Counted from the first letter of the stretch, positions 9,080 through 19,085 are shown. The stretch is 64,000 bases of DNA from Dehalococcoidia bacterium (GCA_963555985.3 OY820591.1:1568001-1632000); one strand, 5' to 3'. The notes: generated by a model from the letters alone, not told the origin. Translations and numbers: made by a program.

Positions 9080-10078
9080 CTAGAACGGCCGGCCAAGCTC
9101 GTGGCTCAGGCGGCGCAGACGTTCGACCCGATCCTCAGTGGGAGGATGGCTGGAGAACCACTTGCCGGGACCTCCGGCAAGGGGGTTGACGATGAAAAGG
9201 TGATTGGCTGCCTCGGCGGTCTTCATCTCCTCCGCCGCGTAGCGAGCCTCAGGCGTCCGCGATCCGGCCTCGAGCTTGAGCAGAGCGTAGGCGAGCGCTT
9301 CAGGGTCGTTGCAGTTGCGGGCGCCAGTGTCGTCGGCCTTGAGTTCGCGTTGGCGCGAGACCGCCATTTGAATGATCGTGGCGATGATCGGGGCGACGAT
9401 TGCGACGATCAGCGCTCCGGCCAGGTGCCCGGCTCCGCCGCCGCCCTCGTCATCGTTGTTGCCCCCGAATCCGCCGAACATGAAGCCCATGAAAAGCGCG
9501 AACTGCGCAAGCATCGCCACGAACGAAATCACCATCGCCATCGACGCCACAATCGTCGACCACAGGGTGTCGCGGTTGGTGACGTGCGCGAGCTCATGCG
9601 ACATCACGCCGGCGAGTTCGCGTTCGGTCAGAATGCTGAGGATGCCGGTAGTCGCAGCGACCGCCGCATGGCGAGGGCTGCGTCCAGTGGCGAAGGCGTT
9701 GGGAATGGGAGTGTCGATCACGTAAACGGTGGGCACGACCCGGGGGCACTGGCCGGGCCGGCAGTGCCCGCTGCACATCGCTTCATAGTCGAACGAGGCC
9801 GCGCCTTCGTTGCTCCGCTCTTTGAACGGCATCTTCCCCTGACAGGCGGCCCGCTGGACAATGCGGTAGAGGACAGGAGCCTCCTCGGCCGTGACTTCGC
9901 GCCCGCCCATCATCTTCGGGACCATCGAGTGGCTGTTGATGTAGGTGTAGAGGTTGATCCCCAGGGCGATCACGGCCATCACGATCAGGCCGATCTCGCC
10001 CGCGACCATCAGGCCAATGAACATCATCAGGCCGGCCATGAGGACCACGAGGAACATCGTTCGGATGCCGTATGCCAC
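9080..10078 (-). CDS. htpX: Zinc metalloprotease HtpX (M48) with a Cys-rich insertion
   Basis: Motifs PNAFATGR, HELAH, SRQRELKAD and SSHPPTEDRV; GTG start after GGAG. Confidence 0.9.
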   Translation of the reverse strand: MAYGIRTMFLVVLMAGLMMFIGLMVAGEIGLIVMAVIALGINLYTYINSHSMVPKMMGGREVTAEEAPVLYRIVQRAACQGKMPFKERSNEGAASFDYEAMCSGHCRPGQCPRVVPTVYVIDTPIPNAFATGRSPRHAAVAATTGILSILTERELAGVMSHELAHVTNRDTLWSTIVASMAMVISFVAMLAQFALFMGFMFGGFGGNNDDEGGGGAGHLAGALIVAIVAPIIATIIQMAVSRQRELKADDTGARNCNDPEALAYALLKLEAGSRTPEARYAAEEMKTAEAANHLFIVNPLAGGPGKWFSSHPPTEDRVERLRRLSHELGRPF

Positions 10079-10209
10079 GATCTCAACTCCAGTCCAAATT
10101 GCGCGGAGATGCATGCGATTGTGTGAGCATGATCGTACCATCGCAGAAAGCGCGGATCGCAGTACCGCCAGTGCCGTAGTAGCGTTTGCCGCAGAGGGGA
10201 AGTGATCCG

Positions 10210-10506
10210 ATGCCGATCTACGAATATGTGTGCCGAGCGTGCGGGGCCGAGTGGGAAGTGTTTCAGCGCAAGATGGACGCCCCCGCGCCCGCCTGCGAGG
10301 CGTGTGAGAGCGACGAACGGGTGGAGCGAATGATCGCGCGAACGGCCTTCCTCAAGGACGAGAACACCAAAATGCGCGAGATGCACCCGAAATACGCCAA
10401 GATGGTCGACGCCGCCTGGGAGAAAGCCTCCCGCAACGACCCGCTCAGCAAGACCCGCTTCGCCCCCCTAGTCGACTCGGGCAAGCGGGTCCAGGATATG
10501 ACCTAG
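10210..10506 (+). CDS. FmdB-family zinc ribbon protein
   Basis: MPIYEYVCRACG...CEAC. Confidence 0.85.
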   Translation: MPIYEYVCRACGAEWEVFQRKMDAPAPACEACESDERVERMIARTAFLKDENTKMREMHPKYAKMVDAAWEKASRNDPLSKTRFAPLVDSGKRVQDMT

Positions 10507-10516
10507 CCGCGCGAAT

Positions 10517-11455
10517 CTAGTCCGCAGGCGCGAACCCCGCCCCAGCCGAGACCCCGTTCGCGGCCGCCCAATCCCCCGCTGACTGACGGTTTCGTCCGAC
10601 CGCGATCGTGTCGATCCGAATCGATTCGCCGTCGCCGCAGACAATCGTCATTCCCTCGTCTGAAATCGCTGCGATCTCGCCTGCGCCGCCCCCGCTGTGG
10701 TCGGCCCGAGTGCTGCCCAAGAGGGTGACGCGCTCGCCGTTGATCTCGCTCCAGGCACCCGGAGCGCGATCCGATCCGCGAATGAAGTTGTGAACCGTCT
10801 GCGCGTCCTGACTCCAGTCGATCCGGGCGATGTCGCCCTCCCAGGGGCCTTCATAAGTCATGTCGGCTTCCTGCTGGATATGCCGCGGAGCCTGTCCGGA
10901 TTCGACGAGGCTGACTGCTTCGGACATCGCTTCCACGCCAAGTGGGAAGAGATACTCGCGGTAGACCGAATTGATCGTCGCGTCCGGACCAATGGGGCAA
11001 GTCTTCTGGAGCAGGACCGGACCGGTGTCGATGCCCTCATCCACCCAGAAGATCGTCACCCCGGTCATCGTGTCGCCCTGCAGAATCGAGTGATTGATCG
11101 CGGAGCGGCCTCGGTGCTTGGGCAGGATCGAGGGGTGGTACTGAATCGTCTTCAGCGGCGGGAACTCCAGCACCCGGGACGGAATGATCTGGGTGACGAA
11201 AGCCATCACATTTAGCTCAGGGGCAGTGGCCTCGTACTCCGCGACAACGTCCTCGTTGACAACCCCGCGCCGCTGCCAGCGGCGCGGCTGCACGAGCGTA
11301 ATTCCGGCGTCGCGGGCGGCTTGCGCAAGAGGATCGGGACGGCCGCCTTCGCGCTCGCGTGGAGTGAAGACTCCCACGATCTCATGTCCGTCCGAGACGA
11401 GCCGCTCGAACACGGCTGCGCCGAAGGGCGCTTGTCCGATCAGGGCGATACGCAT
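10517..11455 (-). CDS. Formyltransferase family protein (Fmt / 10-formyl-THF hydrolase-like)
   Basis: Motifs MRIALIGQ, YHPSILPKHRG and DEGIDTGPVLLQ; C-terminal Fmt domain. Confidence 0.85.
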   Translation of the reverse strand: MRIALIGQAPFGAAVFERLVSDGHEIVGVFTPREREGGRPDPLAQAARDAGITLVQPRRWQRRGVVNEDVVAEYEATAPELNVMAFVTQIIPSRVLEFPPLKTIQYHPSILPKHRGRSAINHSILQGDTMTGVTIFWVDEGIDTGPVLLQKTCPIGPDATINSVYREYLFPLGVEAMSEAVSLVESGQAPRHIQQEADMTYEGPWEGDIARIDWSQDAQTVHNFIRGSDRAPGAWSEINGERVTLLGSTRADHSGGGAGEIAAISDEGMTIVCGDGESIRIDTIAVGRNRQSAGDWAAANGVSAGAGFAPAD

Positions 11456-11949
11456 CAGGATTCCTCTCTCGGCTTGACTCGGAAAGCCCCGGCAGCGCTG
11501 CTGGCGCGCCAGATCCGAGGCGGTTTCTCGGCGATGATGTCAAAGAGCGTCGTAATGCTAATTCGTTGGGCGGGAAGATGGATCAGCGCCGGTTCGAGCA
11601 GCTCAGGTCCGAAGAAATCGTCGACTTCGTAGGGGAAGTGGGGCGAGATTTCGGTGATCTGCTGGTGATCGAAAACGATGTTCGCGGAACCGCTCAGGTT
11701 GAGGTGCCGGAAGTCCCCGGTCCAATGCAGGAGCTCGATCCGGGGATTTCGGCTGATATGACGCACGCGATGGCTGTCGGCGGGGGTGAGAATGTACGCG
11801 TCGGCACCCAGGTAGGCAGGCGTGGCGGGACGGACATGCGGCTGACCGCCATGCTCAGTGGCGAGGAAGGCGATCGGCGCGCTGCGAATCAGCTCAAGCG
11901 CCTCCGGCCAGAAGTCCGGCAGGTCGTCTGCTGCCTGAGTGTCGTCCAC
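11455..11949 (-). CDS. Pyridoxamine 5'-phosphate oxidase-like (split-barrel flavin-binding) protein
   Basis: Motifs FLATEHGGQPHVRP and ISRNPRIEL. Confidence 0.7.
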   Translation of the reverse strand: MDDTQAADDLPDFWPEALELIRSAPIAFLATEHGGQPHVRPATPAYLGADAYILTPADSHRVRHISRNPRIELLHWTGDFRHLNLSGSANIVFDHQQITEISPHFPYEVDDFFGPELLEPALIHLPAQRISITTLFDIIAEKPPRIWRASSAAGAFRVKPREES

Positions 11950-12002
11950 GTGTGACGCCTCTTCCTCACGATCGGGCTGATTCGACTGGCGCGTCCACCA
12001 GA

Positions 12003-12746
12003 CTAGGACTGATCAAGTGATTGGGGATCGACTTCGTCGACTTGGCCGTCCCGCATCAGAAACAGTCGGTTCGCCCGCCGCGCGATGTCGAGGTTGTGCG
12101 TGACCATCACGATCGTCTGCCCGGCCCGATTCAGACCCTCGAGCAAATCGACGATCTCATTGCCGGTCTGTGAATCGAGATTGCCGGTTGGCTCGTCGGC
12201 GAGAATCACATCAGGCTGATTTGCCAGAGCCCGTGCGATCGCGACGCGCTGACGCTCACCGCCGGAAAGTTCGACGGGACGGTGCTCCAGCCGCTCGGCG
12301 AGACCCACTGCGGTGAGCAGCTGTTTGGCGCGTGTGCTCCGCTTTCGCCGTGGAACGCCGGCGAGCGCGAGCGCAATCTCGACATTCTGGCGGGCGGTCA
12401 GCATCTGGAGCAGGTTGAAGGCCTGAAACACAAAACCAAGCGTGCGCAGACGCAGAGCGGCGCGATCCTCGCGCCCGAGATGCTGAGCCCTCTTGCCTCG
12501 AATCCGAACTTCGCCGTCAGTCGGCGAGTCAATCAAGCCCAGAAGTTGGAGCAGAGTCGACTTACCGGAACCGGACGGGCCGGCAATGGCGATGAAGTCG
12601 CCCTCGTGGATGTCGAGGTCAAGCGCGTGCAGAGCGTGGATCGTCTGCCGCCCCAGGCGATACACACGCTGAAGCCCGCGCACCGAGAGCAACGGCGCTG
12701 CATCAGCTTCGGCGTCTGAGCCGCGCTTCGACATCTGCTCACTCAT
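12003..12746 (-). CDS. ABC transporter ATP-binding protein (LolD/MacB-type)
   Basis: Motifs GPSGSGKST, LSGGERQR and LADEPTGNLD. Confidence 0.92.
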   Translation of the reverse strand: MSEQMSKRGSDAEADAAPLLSVRGLQRVYRLGRQTIHALHALDLDIHEGDFIAIAGPSGSGKSTLLQLLGLIDSPTDGEVRIRGKRAQHLGREDRAALRLRTLGFVFQAFNLLQMLTARQNVEIALALAGVPRRKRSTRAKQLLTAVGLAERLEHRPVELSGGERQRVAIARALANQPDVILADEPTGNLDSQTGNEIVDLLEGLNRAGQTIVMVTHNLDIARRANRLFLMRDGQVDEVDPQSLDQS

Positions 12747-13950
12747 AGCGCAGCGCAATAATCGGATCGACCTGCACCGCCCGTGCGGCCGGGAGCAAGG
12801 CGGCGATCATCGCACAGGTCGTGAGAATCCCAGCCGCTCCGTACTCGATCTCACGGGAACGAATCCCGGCTGCATCCGGTCCCAGCGCCTGCCGAATCAC
12901 AATCCGCGACATTGGGATCCCGATCAGCGATCCGGCAAGTGCGAAACCGCCCGATTCGGACAGGATCAACGAGAGCAGGGATCCCCTCGGCGCTCCGATC
13001 GCGCGCAGTGTGCCCAGTTCCCGTGTGCGCTCCAAGACCGAGACGAACATCACGATCGCGATCAGCAGCGCCGCCACGCAGACCGACGTCCAGCGAACGA
13101 CGTTGAAGAGTTGATTCACGCGGTCGAGCAGTGTGCGTGCGTTTTCGGCGAGCTGGCGATCCGAGATCACCATCAACTGATCATGTTCGCGCTCAATCTC
13201 AGCCTGGAGCGGATCAATATCGCTGGCGCGGCGGGGCGACAGCAGGATCGCGCTGACCGAGTCGGGCGTCTTCAGCATCCGTTGCGCGTCGGCAAGAGGA
13301 ACCAGGACGGCGGAACGAAGCAACTGGTTCGTCTCCGGTTCGAGGATCCCCTGAACCTCAAACTCGACGCCGCGAATGCTGATTCGCGCGCCGGTTGCAG
13401 CCAGCGCGATTGGCCCGACCGGAGAAGGAACTTCGCTCGTCGCGCTCGCGGTTGGCGCGAAATGGCGCGCCGCAAGCACGCCGAGCACGGCCGGCGGCGC
13501 GCCGCAACTCCCTGACGCCGCCGAGAAGTCCGCACGTCCGATCAGTGCGCCCGCGCCGCCCAAAAATACGTGCTCCTTGCCCGGTTCGATGCCAACCAGT
13601 AGCGCCTCCGGCGGCGCCGTGGGATAGGGCGGTGGGGCGAGCGCGGCGAAACTGACCGCAGTGGAGCGGTCGCGGTCGACCGCCCCAATATCGAGGACTT
13701 GCCAGGCTTGCTCATGGCTAATCGTGGAAGAGATAGGCGGCCACTCGATCCCCGACATGCCCGCCAGTCCCCGCGATTGCACGAAGAGCACGCCGGTGAA
13801 GCGCTGCACCTGCAAATCGAGATCATCAGTGATGAAGCGCATCACCGCAGTCACCACGATGTAGAGATTGACGCAAACTCCGAAGCCCAGCACGGTGAGC
13901 ACGGATCGGAGTCTCTTAGTCAGGAGTTGTTGGACGGCAAGTGTGAGCAT
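12739..13950 (-). CDS. ABC transporter permease (MacB/FtsX family)
   Basis: Motifs RLRSVLTVLG, SVLERTRELGTLRAIGA and DPIIALRYE. Confidence 0.9.
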   Translation of the reverse strand: MLTLAVQQLLTKRLRSVLTVLGFGVCVNLYIVVTAVMRFITDDLDLQVQRFTGVLFVQSRGLAGMSGIEWPPISSTISHEQAWQVLDIGAVDRDRSTAVSFAALAPPPYPTAPPEALLVGIEPGKEHVFLGGAGALIGRADFSAASGSCGAPPAVLGVLAARHFAPTASATSEVPSPVGPIALAATGARISIRGVEFEVQGILEPETNQLLRSAVLVPLADAQRMLKTPDSVSAILLSPRRASDIDPLQAEIEREHDQLMVISDRQLAENARTLLDRVNQLFNVVRWTSVCVAALLIAIVMFVSVLERTRELGTLRAIGAPRGSLLSLILSESGGFALAGSLIGIPMSRIVIRQALGPDAAGIRSREIEYGAAGILTTCAMIAALLPAARAVQVDPIIALRYE

Positions 13951-13970
13951 GTCTCACCATAGTAGCGGCA

Positions 13971-16900
13971 TCACCCGGAGTAGTCGGGTGGTTCAACAAG
14001 AGAGGTGGACAAGTTCGTTTGGATCCGGTCCAACCCAAAGAAGTTGCGGAAACTCGGCCAGTGGTGAAGTAATCCTAGATGGTCGGCGAACAAAAAGACT
14101 GCACCCAATGTTGCGTATCCCGTGACACCCAAAAGCAATCCCAACTCCACGTCGACAGCAGGAATAGGCCAAAGTACCAAGAAAATGGTAGCGCCAATGA
14201 CAACTAATGTTACTGTGCCTCTAACACTCATCCTATTCAGGAACAGCGAGCTGACGAACAGCCCAATTAAAGCAGCCACCGCCTCAACTGCTAGGTGCTT
14301 CGGATCAGTCAAGATATCGAGCAATCCTTTGTTCTCGCTGACGTCGGTACGAGTGGCGTTGATAGTACCAAGCAACGTTGCCTGCTCATCCCAAAGTTCC
14401 TCGATCTGCTCGGTGGCCCACAAGTATCCGTTGAGCTCGAGCAGAACCCGGTACCAGCAGCTGATATGACTTCGCAAGGTACAGCTAATTCCAAAGGGAC
14501 CGCTTCTGGCAAGTACCACATCCGGAGTATCGTACCAACATTCGGTGATTGCATAGTCGTCTCGCTTGCACTTTATTGAGAAGCCGTTCCTAGAAAGACA
14601 GCTATAGTCATTTCGCTCGCATGTAAGCGGCTCATACTCTTCAATGTATTCCCCTGCACGGTGGTAACTCTCAAGCAAGAGATACCAGAGATCGTCAGAG
14701 CCAAGACTCCTCTGAATGTTGCTTAGCCACCTGATCCGCAACGACAAAGTGCAGTCTTCTTCACCTTCGCATTCCAAACTCTCCCGATCGCTCAGGCACT
14801 CCCAATCGCCAAGAGCGCAGTATACATCGTCCTCCTGCCCTACTACAGATTCAAGAGATTTTACCGCCCCCCACAAGCCGCTCCCTTCATCTTTGGTTCC
14901 GAGTGCTTCCTGAATCGCAGAGATGGAAGCTATCAGAGCATCAGTAGTACTGCGAAGTCCGTCTACGGTGCCAGTCAATGTACTAGTTTCATCATCAAAC
15001 TGCTTCGGCATATGTTGCTTAACTAGCGCCCGGCAATCATCATCATCCCGCCATTCGCCAGCCCCGATCACAGCTTGGTGAAGGCAGATGACATTTTCGG
15101 CGGTCAGCAGCTTTAATCCAAAATCAATCTTAGCTGTTCGGTGTACGTGAAGGGCAGCCTCGGCTTCAATGTATTGCTCAGTGACACCGCAATCTGCGGT
15201 CTGATCTCCTGGATCTACTATGAAGCTGACTGTGGCCGTCGCGTCAGTCCCTGACCCAGCATCTTCGGTTATCTGCGCTGCAAAGGAAATCGCTGCAGTT
15301 TCTCCGGGAGCGAGGCAAGTGACAGGATATCCATTGGCTACCCATGTGGGCGGCGGAGAATCGTGGTCCCGAGTCTCGCCACCGCCTTGGTCAATGTAAT
15401 AGGTAGTTCGGTTCGGACCACTTTCGTGCCTATAGACGGTGTTGGTCGATAGCTGTTCCAGTACAAGAAGCCCGTTCCGGATCGTCTGGGATCCTATGTT
15501 CTCAATATAAAACCAATGCCAGATGTCATCATGTGGCTTATAGGGCTCACCTCGCGCCCAGTGACTAATCTTCGCGGCGCGTCTAGGTACAACGGTGAAT
15601 TTGAATAGATCTTGTGCTTCGCATGATATGTGCACCCCACAAGATACAGACGCCCAAAGGGACACGTTAATCCCCGGTGCCGCAATTTGGCTGACAGTTG
15701 CAGAAAATGAAATGGCGACTGATTCACCAGCAGGTAAGTTTGGAAGGTTGTAGCCGTTTTGAATCCAGTTATCTGGCACTGAGCGAGAGTTGGCATCTGT
15801 GTATTCCGCGTATGTGAGTGAGGAGCTCCCGAGATTGTACTTCAGCGCCTTAGGCAGGTTGATGCTGAGGATTGCACCGGTCAGATCTTCGGCACCAGGT
15901 GGATTCACAACGGTAGCAATAAAGATAGGCGACATGTCAGTGTGAATGATAGTTCGATTGGCTTCCAGCGATACGGTCGGGACAGATTCACTCTGGGTGG
16001 GTGCGGTAATCGTAAGGTTTTGCTTGTCAGTGAAGGATTCAAGAGCACCGTCCTCGATAAATCGGCGTGAGTCTGACGCCAGATGGTACCAAGGCGTGAT
16101 GAGGGTTGTGATGCCAACTGTTGTACCAGGGACAGCATCGTCTTCAATGCAGACTTCATAACTGTACCGCCATGTTTGGCCAGGATCGAGCTGCCTGATA
16201 TGGAAGCCTCCGAGAAAGTAATAATCCTCCATCGTTTCGTCCCACTGGCTGTTCGGCAGTTCTTCGTCAAAAATTAGCAGATCTGATGCCTGAGTCAGTG
16301 TTCCTGGGATGAAGGTCGCGATACGCGTTTGTCCGGTGCTTTGTGGCCATGGTTCGACTGAGACGTGGCGGATCGGATAATTTCCGGCGTTGGAGATTGA
16401 AATTGAGATAGTAATGGCTTCGCCCGGTACTGGAGTGGCGTTGCTGACAGTGACTATCGGGGCAGGCATGTATATGACATCGGAGAGTGAGAAACGGCTG
16501 TCGAATGGGTCGACTCTGCCGCGGATGCTAAAGAAAAGGTATGGGCTGGGATTCGTTCGGGAGTCGGTCGCCTGATCCGACTCTATCAGCAGAATGAGGC
16601 GCTGTGACGTCTCCCAGTCTATATCGGCGGCATCGTCGAGGTTGGCGAGAAACTCGAGCCGAAGCCTAGCGCCTGAATCTAGATCGCCGTATTGGACGTA
16701 TTGATCCTCGATGACCAGGCTACCCAGATCTGTCAGTCTGAGCTCGGTTTCAGTGCCATCGACGGCGGTCCTCTTTGCTCCCTGCAACGTGAGTGTAAAG
16801 GGGTCGGGATCATTTGGTGACCACATTTGCACGCGTATGTTGGTTTGGCGCTCACTCGTGTTGTTGATGATCTCGGCATAGAGTGGAATAGAATCACCTG

Positions 16901-17183
16901 GTCGCGTAAGGATGTTCCAATTTGAAGGGCGGTGAGGCCGGTCAGAGGTGGTGAAGGTGACGCCGAGGGCAGGCTGGCTCTGCTCCTCTGGTTCATCTTC
17001 TTCGTCGATTTCGGTGAGTCGGGCAGTGCATGACTCTGTAAGCGGCCCCGCTGCGTGGGCTGAGTCTGTCATGACAAAGATAGAGGTCAATACCGCGGTG
17101 GTGACTAAGGCGATGACGATCATGAAACCATATGAAGAAGTACTAGAGGATCTGGTTGAGGGGCGTGCACTGACTTTCACCAC
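13971..17183 (-). CDS. Large secreted/membrane-anchored protein with repeated Ig-like (DUF11-like) modules; lower GC than its flanks
   Basis: Signal peptide (AHA-A); repeated PG-x-T/I...N.G...L.PG modules; Cys-rich and coiled-coil regions; three C-terminal TM segments; visibly AT-richer codons. Confidence 0.7.
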   Translation of the reverse strand: MVKVSARPSTRSSSTSSYGFMIVIALVTTAVLTSIFVMTDSAHAAGPLTESCTARLTEIDEEDEPEEQSQPALGVTFTTSDRPHRPSNWNILTRPGDSIPLYAEIINNTSERQTNIRVQMWSPNDPDPFTLTLQGAKRTAVDGTETELRLTDLGSLVIEDQYVQYGDLDSGARLRLEFLANLDDAADIDWETSQRLILLIESDQATDSRTNPSPYLFFSIRGRVDPFDSRFSLSDVIYMPAPIVTVSNATPVPGEAITISISISNAGNYPIRHVSVEPWPQSTGQTRIATFIPGTLTQASDLLIFDEELPNSQWDETMEDYYFLGGFHIRQLDPGQTWRYSYEVCIEDDAVPGTTVGITTLITPWYHLASDSRRFIEDGALESFTDKQNLTITAPTQSESVPTVSLEANRTIIHTDMSPIFIATVVNPPGAEDLTGAILSINLPKALKYNLGSSSLTYAEYTDANSRSVPDNWIQNGYNLPNLPAGESVAISFSATVSQIAAPGINVSLWASVSCGVHISCEAQDLFKFTVVPRRAAKISHWARGEPYKPHDDIWHWFYIENIGSQTIRNGLLVLEQLSTNTVYRHESGPNRTTYYIDQGGGETRDHDSPPPTWVANGYPVTCLAPGETAAISFAAQITEDAGSGTDATATVSFIVDPGDQTADCGVTEQYIEAEAALHVHRTAKIDFGLKLLTAENVICLHQAVIGAGEWRDDDDCRALVKQHMPKQFDDETSTLTGTVDGLRSTTDALIASISAIQEALGTKDEGSGLWGAVKSLESVVGQEDDVYCALGDWECLSDRESLECEGEEDCTLSLRIRWLSNIQRSLGSDDLWYLLLESYHRAGEYIEEYEPLTCERNDYSCLSRNGFSIKCKRDDYAITECWYDTPDVVLARSGPFGISCTLRSHISCWYRVLLELNGYLWATEQIEELWDEQATLLGTINATRTDVSENKGLLDILTDPKHLAVEAVAALIGLFVSSLFLNRMSVRGTVTLVVIGATIFLVLWPIPAVDVELGLLLGVTGYATLGAVFLFADHLGLLHHWPSFRNFFGLDRIQTNLSTSLVEPPDYSG

Positions 17184-17221
17184 AAAGACCTTTCAATGCG
17201 CAGAGCGAAGACGACTATACA

Positions 17222-18058
17222 TCAACTTCCTACGAAGACACCGCCGTCAGGATGCAAAATTTGACCCGTGATGTAGCTGGAGTAGTCGCTGAGCAGGAAC
17301 AGCGCAGCCTCGGCGATATCGGCCGGTTCGCCAAGACGATTCAGCGGAATCGACTCAATCCGGCGCTGCCTGCGTTCCTCGTCGCTGGTGACTGCAAGCG
17401 TCATCGGCGTATCGATCAGACCCGGAGCAACGGTGTTGACTCGGATCCCGTGCGGCGCGAGCTCGAGCGCAATGCAGCGAGTGAGCATCCAGACCCCGGC
17501 CTTGCTCACGCAGTAGTCGGCCATGCCCCGGATCGGAGCCTTGGCGGCGCCGCTGCTGATATTCACGATCGCGCCGCCCTCGCCCTGTGCGATCATGCGG
17601 CGGGAGACCGCGCGATTGGTGAGCATCACACCGGTCAGGTTGACCGCCAGAACCTTCTCCCAATACTCGACCGGCTTGTGAACCACGTAGCGATGCGCAC
17701 CGCCCAGCAGCGGCTCGCCCTCGGTGATCTCTCCGCTCACATAGCCCGCGTGTGAGATTCCCGCCGCGGCGATGCACAGGTCCAGGCGTCCGTAGGTGTC
17801 GATCGCGGCCTGAGCCATCGCGTCGCAGTCGCTCTCGCGGGTCACGTCGACGCCTACATAGACCGCTCGCCCGCCCTCAGCTTCGACCAGCGCAACAGTC
17901 TCCGCTCCGCGTTCGTCCTCGGGCAAGCCGGCGACAACGACCGACGCGCCTTCACGTCCCAGCCGGATCGAGGCTTCGCGGCCCATCCCGCTCGCCCCGC
18001 CCGTGACGACCGCAACCTTGCCCTCGAAGCGGCTCGCTCCATCCGTGCTCTCAGCCAT
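17222..18058 (-). CDS. Short-chain dehydrogenase/reductase
   Basis: Motifs TGGASGMG and YCVSK; GGAGGAG RBS. Confidence 0.92.
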   Translation of the reverse strand: MAESTDGASRFEGKVAVVTGGASGMGREASIRLGREGASVVVAGLPEDERGAETVALVEAEGGRAVYVGVDVTRESDCDAMAQAAIDTYGRLDLCIAAAGISHAGYVSGEITEGEPLLGGAHRYVVHKPVEYWEKVLAVNLTGVMLTNRAVSRRMIAQGEGGAIVNISSGAAKAPIRGMADYCVSKAGVWMLTRCIALELAPHGIRVNTVAPGLIDTPMTLAVTSDEERRQRRIESIPLNRLGEPADIAEAALFLLSDYSSYITGQILHPDGGVFVGS

Positions 18059-18150
18059 CGTCTCCTCCAATCTCTGCGCGCGCCAAGATACCACCCACTT
18101 CCCCCTCACCCTCCGCCTCTCCTCTTCTCTTCCCCCCTTTGTGAGCGGCT

Positions 18151-18202
18151 CCCCTCTCCCTCCCTTGCGGGGGGAGATGTCGCGCAGCGACAGAAGGGGG
18201 GT
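18151..18202. repeat. Solo half-copy of the DUF559-associated palindromic repeat
   Basis: CTCCC..TTGCGGGGGGAGATGTCGCGCAGCGACAGAAGGGGG is the reverse complement of the right half of the repeats at 39573-40367. Confidence 0.75.
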
Positions 18203-18245
18203 CCTCTGCCCCCGGCCTGAACAGGAAGACAGAAAGAAACCAAAC

Positions 18246-18257
18246 GAACGCAAGTTC
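18246..18257. promoter_or_regulatory. Putative LexA (SOS) box
   Basis: Perfect GAAC-GCAA-GTTC about 100 nt upstream of the HTH gene. Confidence 0.5.
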
Positions 18258-18353
18258 CCCTCTCTGTTGCCCAGACAACACTCACTCTAGTCATCAACCA
18301 GCTACCATCAGAACAAGTAAGCCACACAAGAGTACTCAGAAGGAGCACCGCAC

Positions 18354-19034
18354 ATGAAGCTCTCGCCCCAGCGCCGCCGCCGCAGCCTCGAAGCCCACCA
18401 CCTGCGTCAGCACGGTATCCCCCTGCGCATCATCGCCAAGCAACTCGGCGTCTCCCACGCCACCGTGCACAGCGACCTCAAGCTGCTCGAGACCAACTGG
18501 AGCGAGATCGCCCAGGCGGTCGCCGACGACCTCCTGCTCGACCAGCTCAGCCAGCTCCGGCAGCGGCTCGCTCAGCACATGGAGTCCAACCCCTACGAGC
18601 TGCTCCAGGGCGAGCAGCTGCGCCCGCCCGACCAGATCCGCCTCTTCGCGGTGCAGATGCAGGAGTTCAACACGCTCTGCCGCGAGATTCGGCGCACCGC
18701 CGAAGCGGTCCAACGCCGCGCCCGCCAGCGTCGGAATGAGCAACCCGCCGAAGCCCCGGACTATCCCGAGGCCGAACTGACGGACGCGCCCCGGACTCGC
18801 AAGCGGGCCCGTCCCCAGCCGAGCGAGCGTCCAACCCCGGCTGAACCGGGCCAACCGGAGCTGACCACGGCTAACCACGTCAACGGGCGTTCGCCCCAGC
18901 CGGCAAAGGAAATGCGCGAGATCGCGCTGCCGCAAGAAAATGCTCTCGCCGACCCCGACTTCGAGCGCCTCTTGAGCGAAGCCGAGACCTTCCTCGCACA
19001 GCTCTCCCCCTTCGCCGACGCCGCCGGCGGCTGA
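18354..19034 (+). CDS. Helix-turn-helix protein with a low-complexity C-terminus
   Basis: HTH motif GIPLRIIAKQLGVSHATVHSDL; AAGGAG RBS. Confidence 0.75.
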   Translation: MKLSPQRRRRSLEAHHLRQHGIPLRIIAKQLGVSHATVHSDLKLLETNWSEIAQAVADDLLLDQLSQLRQRLAQHMESNPYELLQGEQLRPPDQIRLFAVQMQEFNTLCREIRRTAEAVQRRARQRRNEQPAEAPDYPEAELTDAPRTRKRARPQPSERPTPAEPGQPELTTANHVNGRSPQPAKEMREIALPQENALADPDFERLLSEAETFLAQLSPFADAAGG

Positions 19035-19085
19035 CTCCGCCCCTCCCTGACCGCTCTCCCCCTTGAGAGCCTGTCCCCGCGCAGG

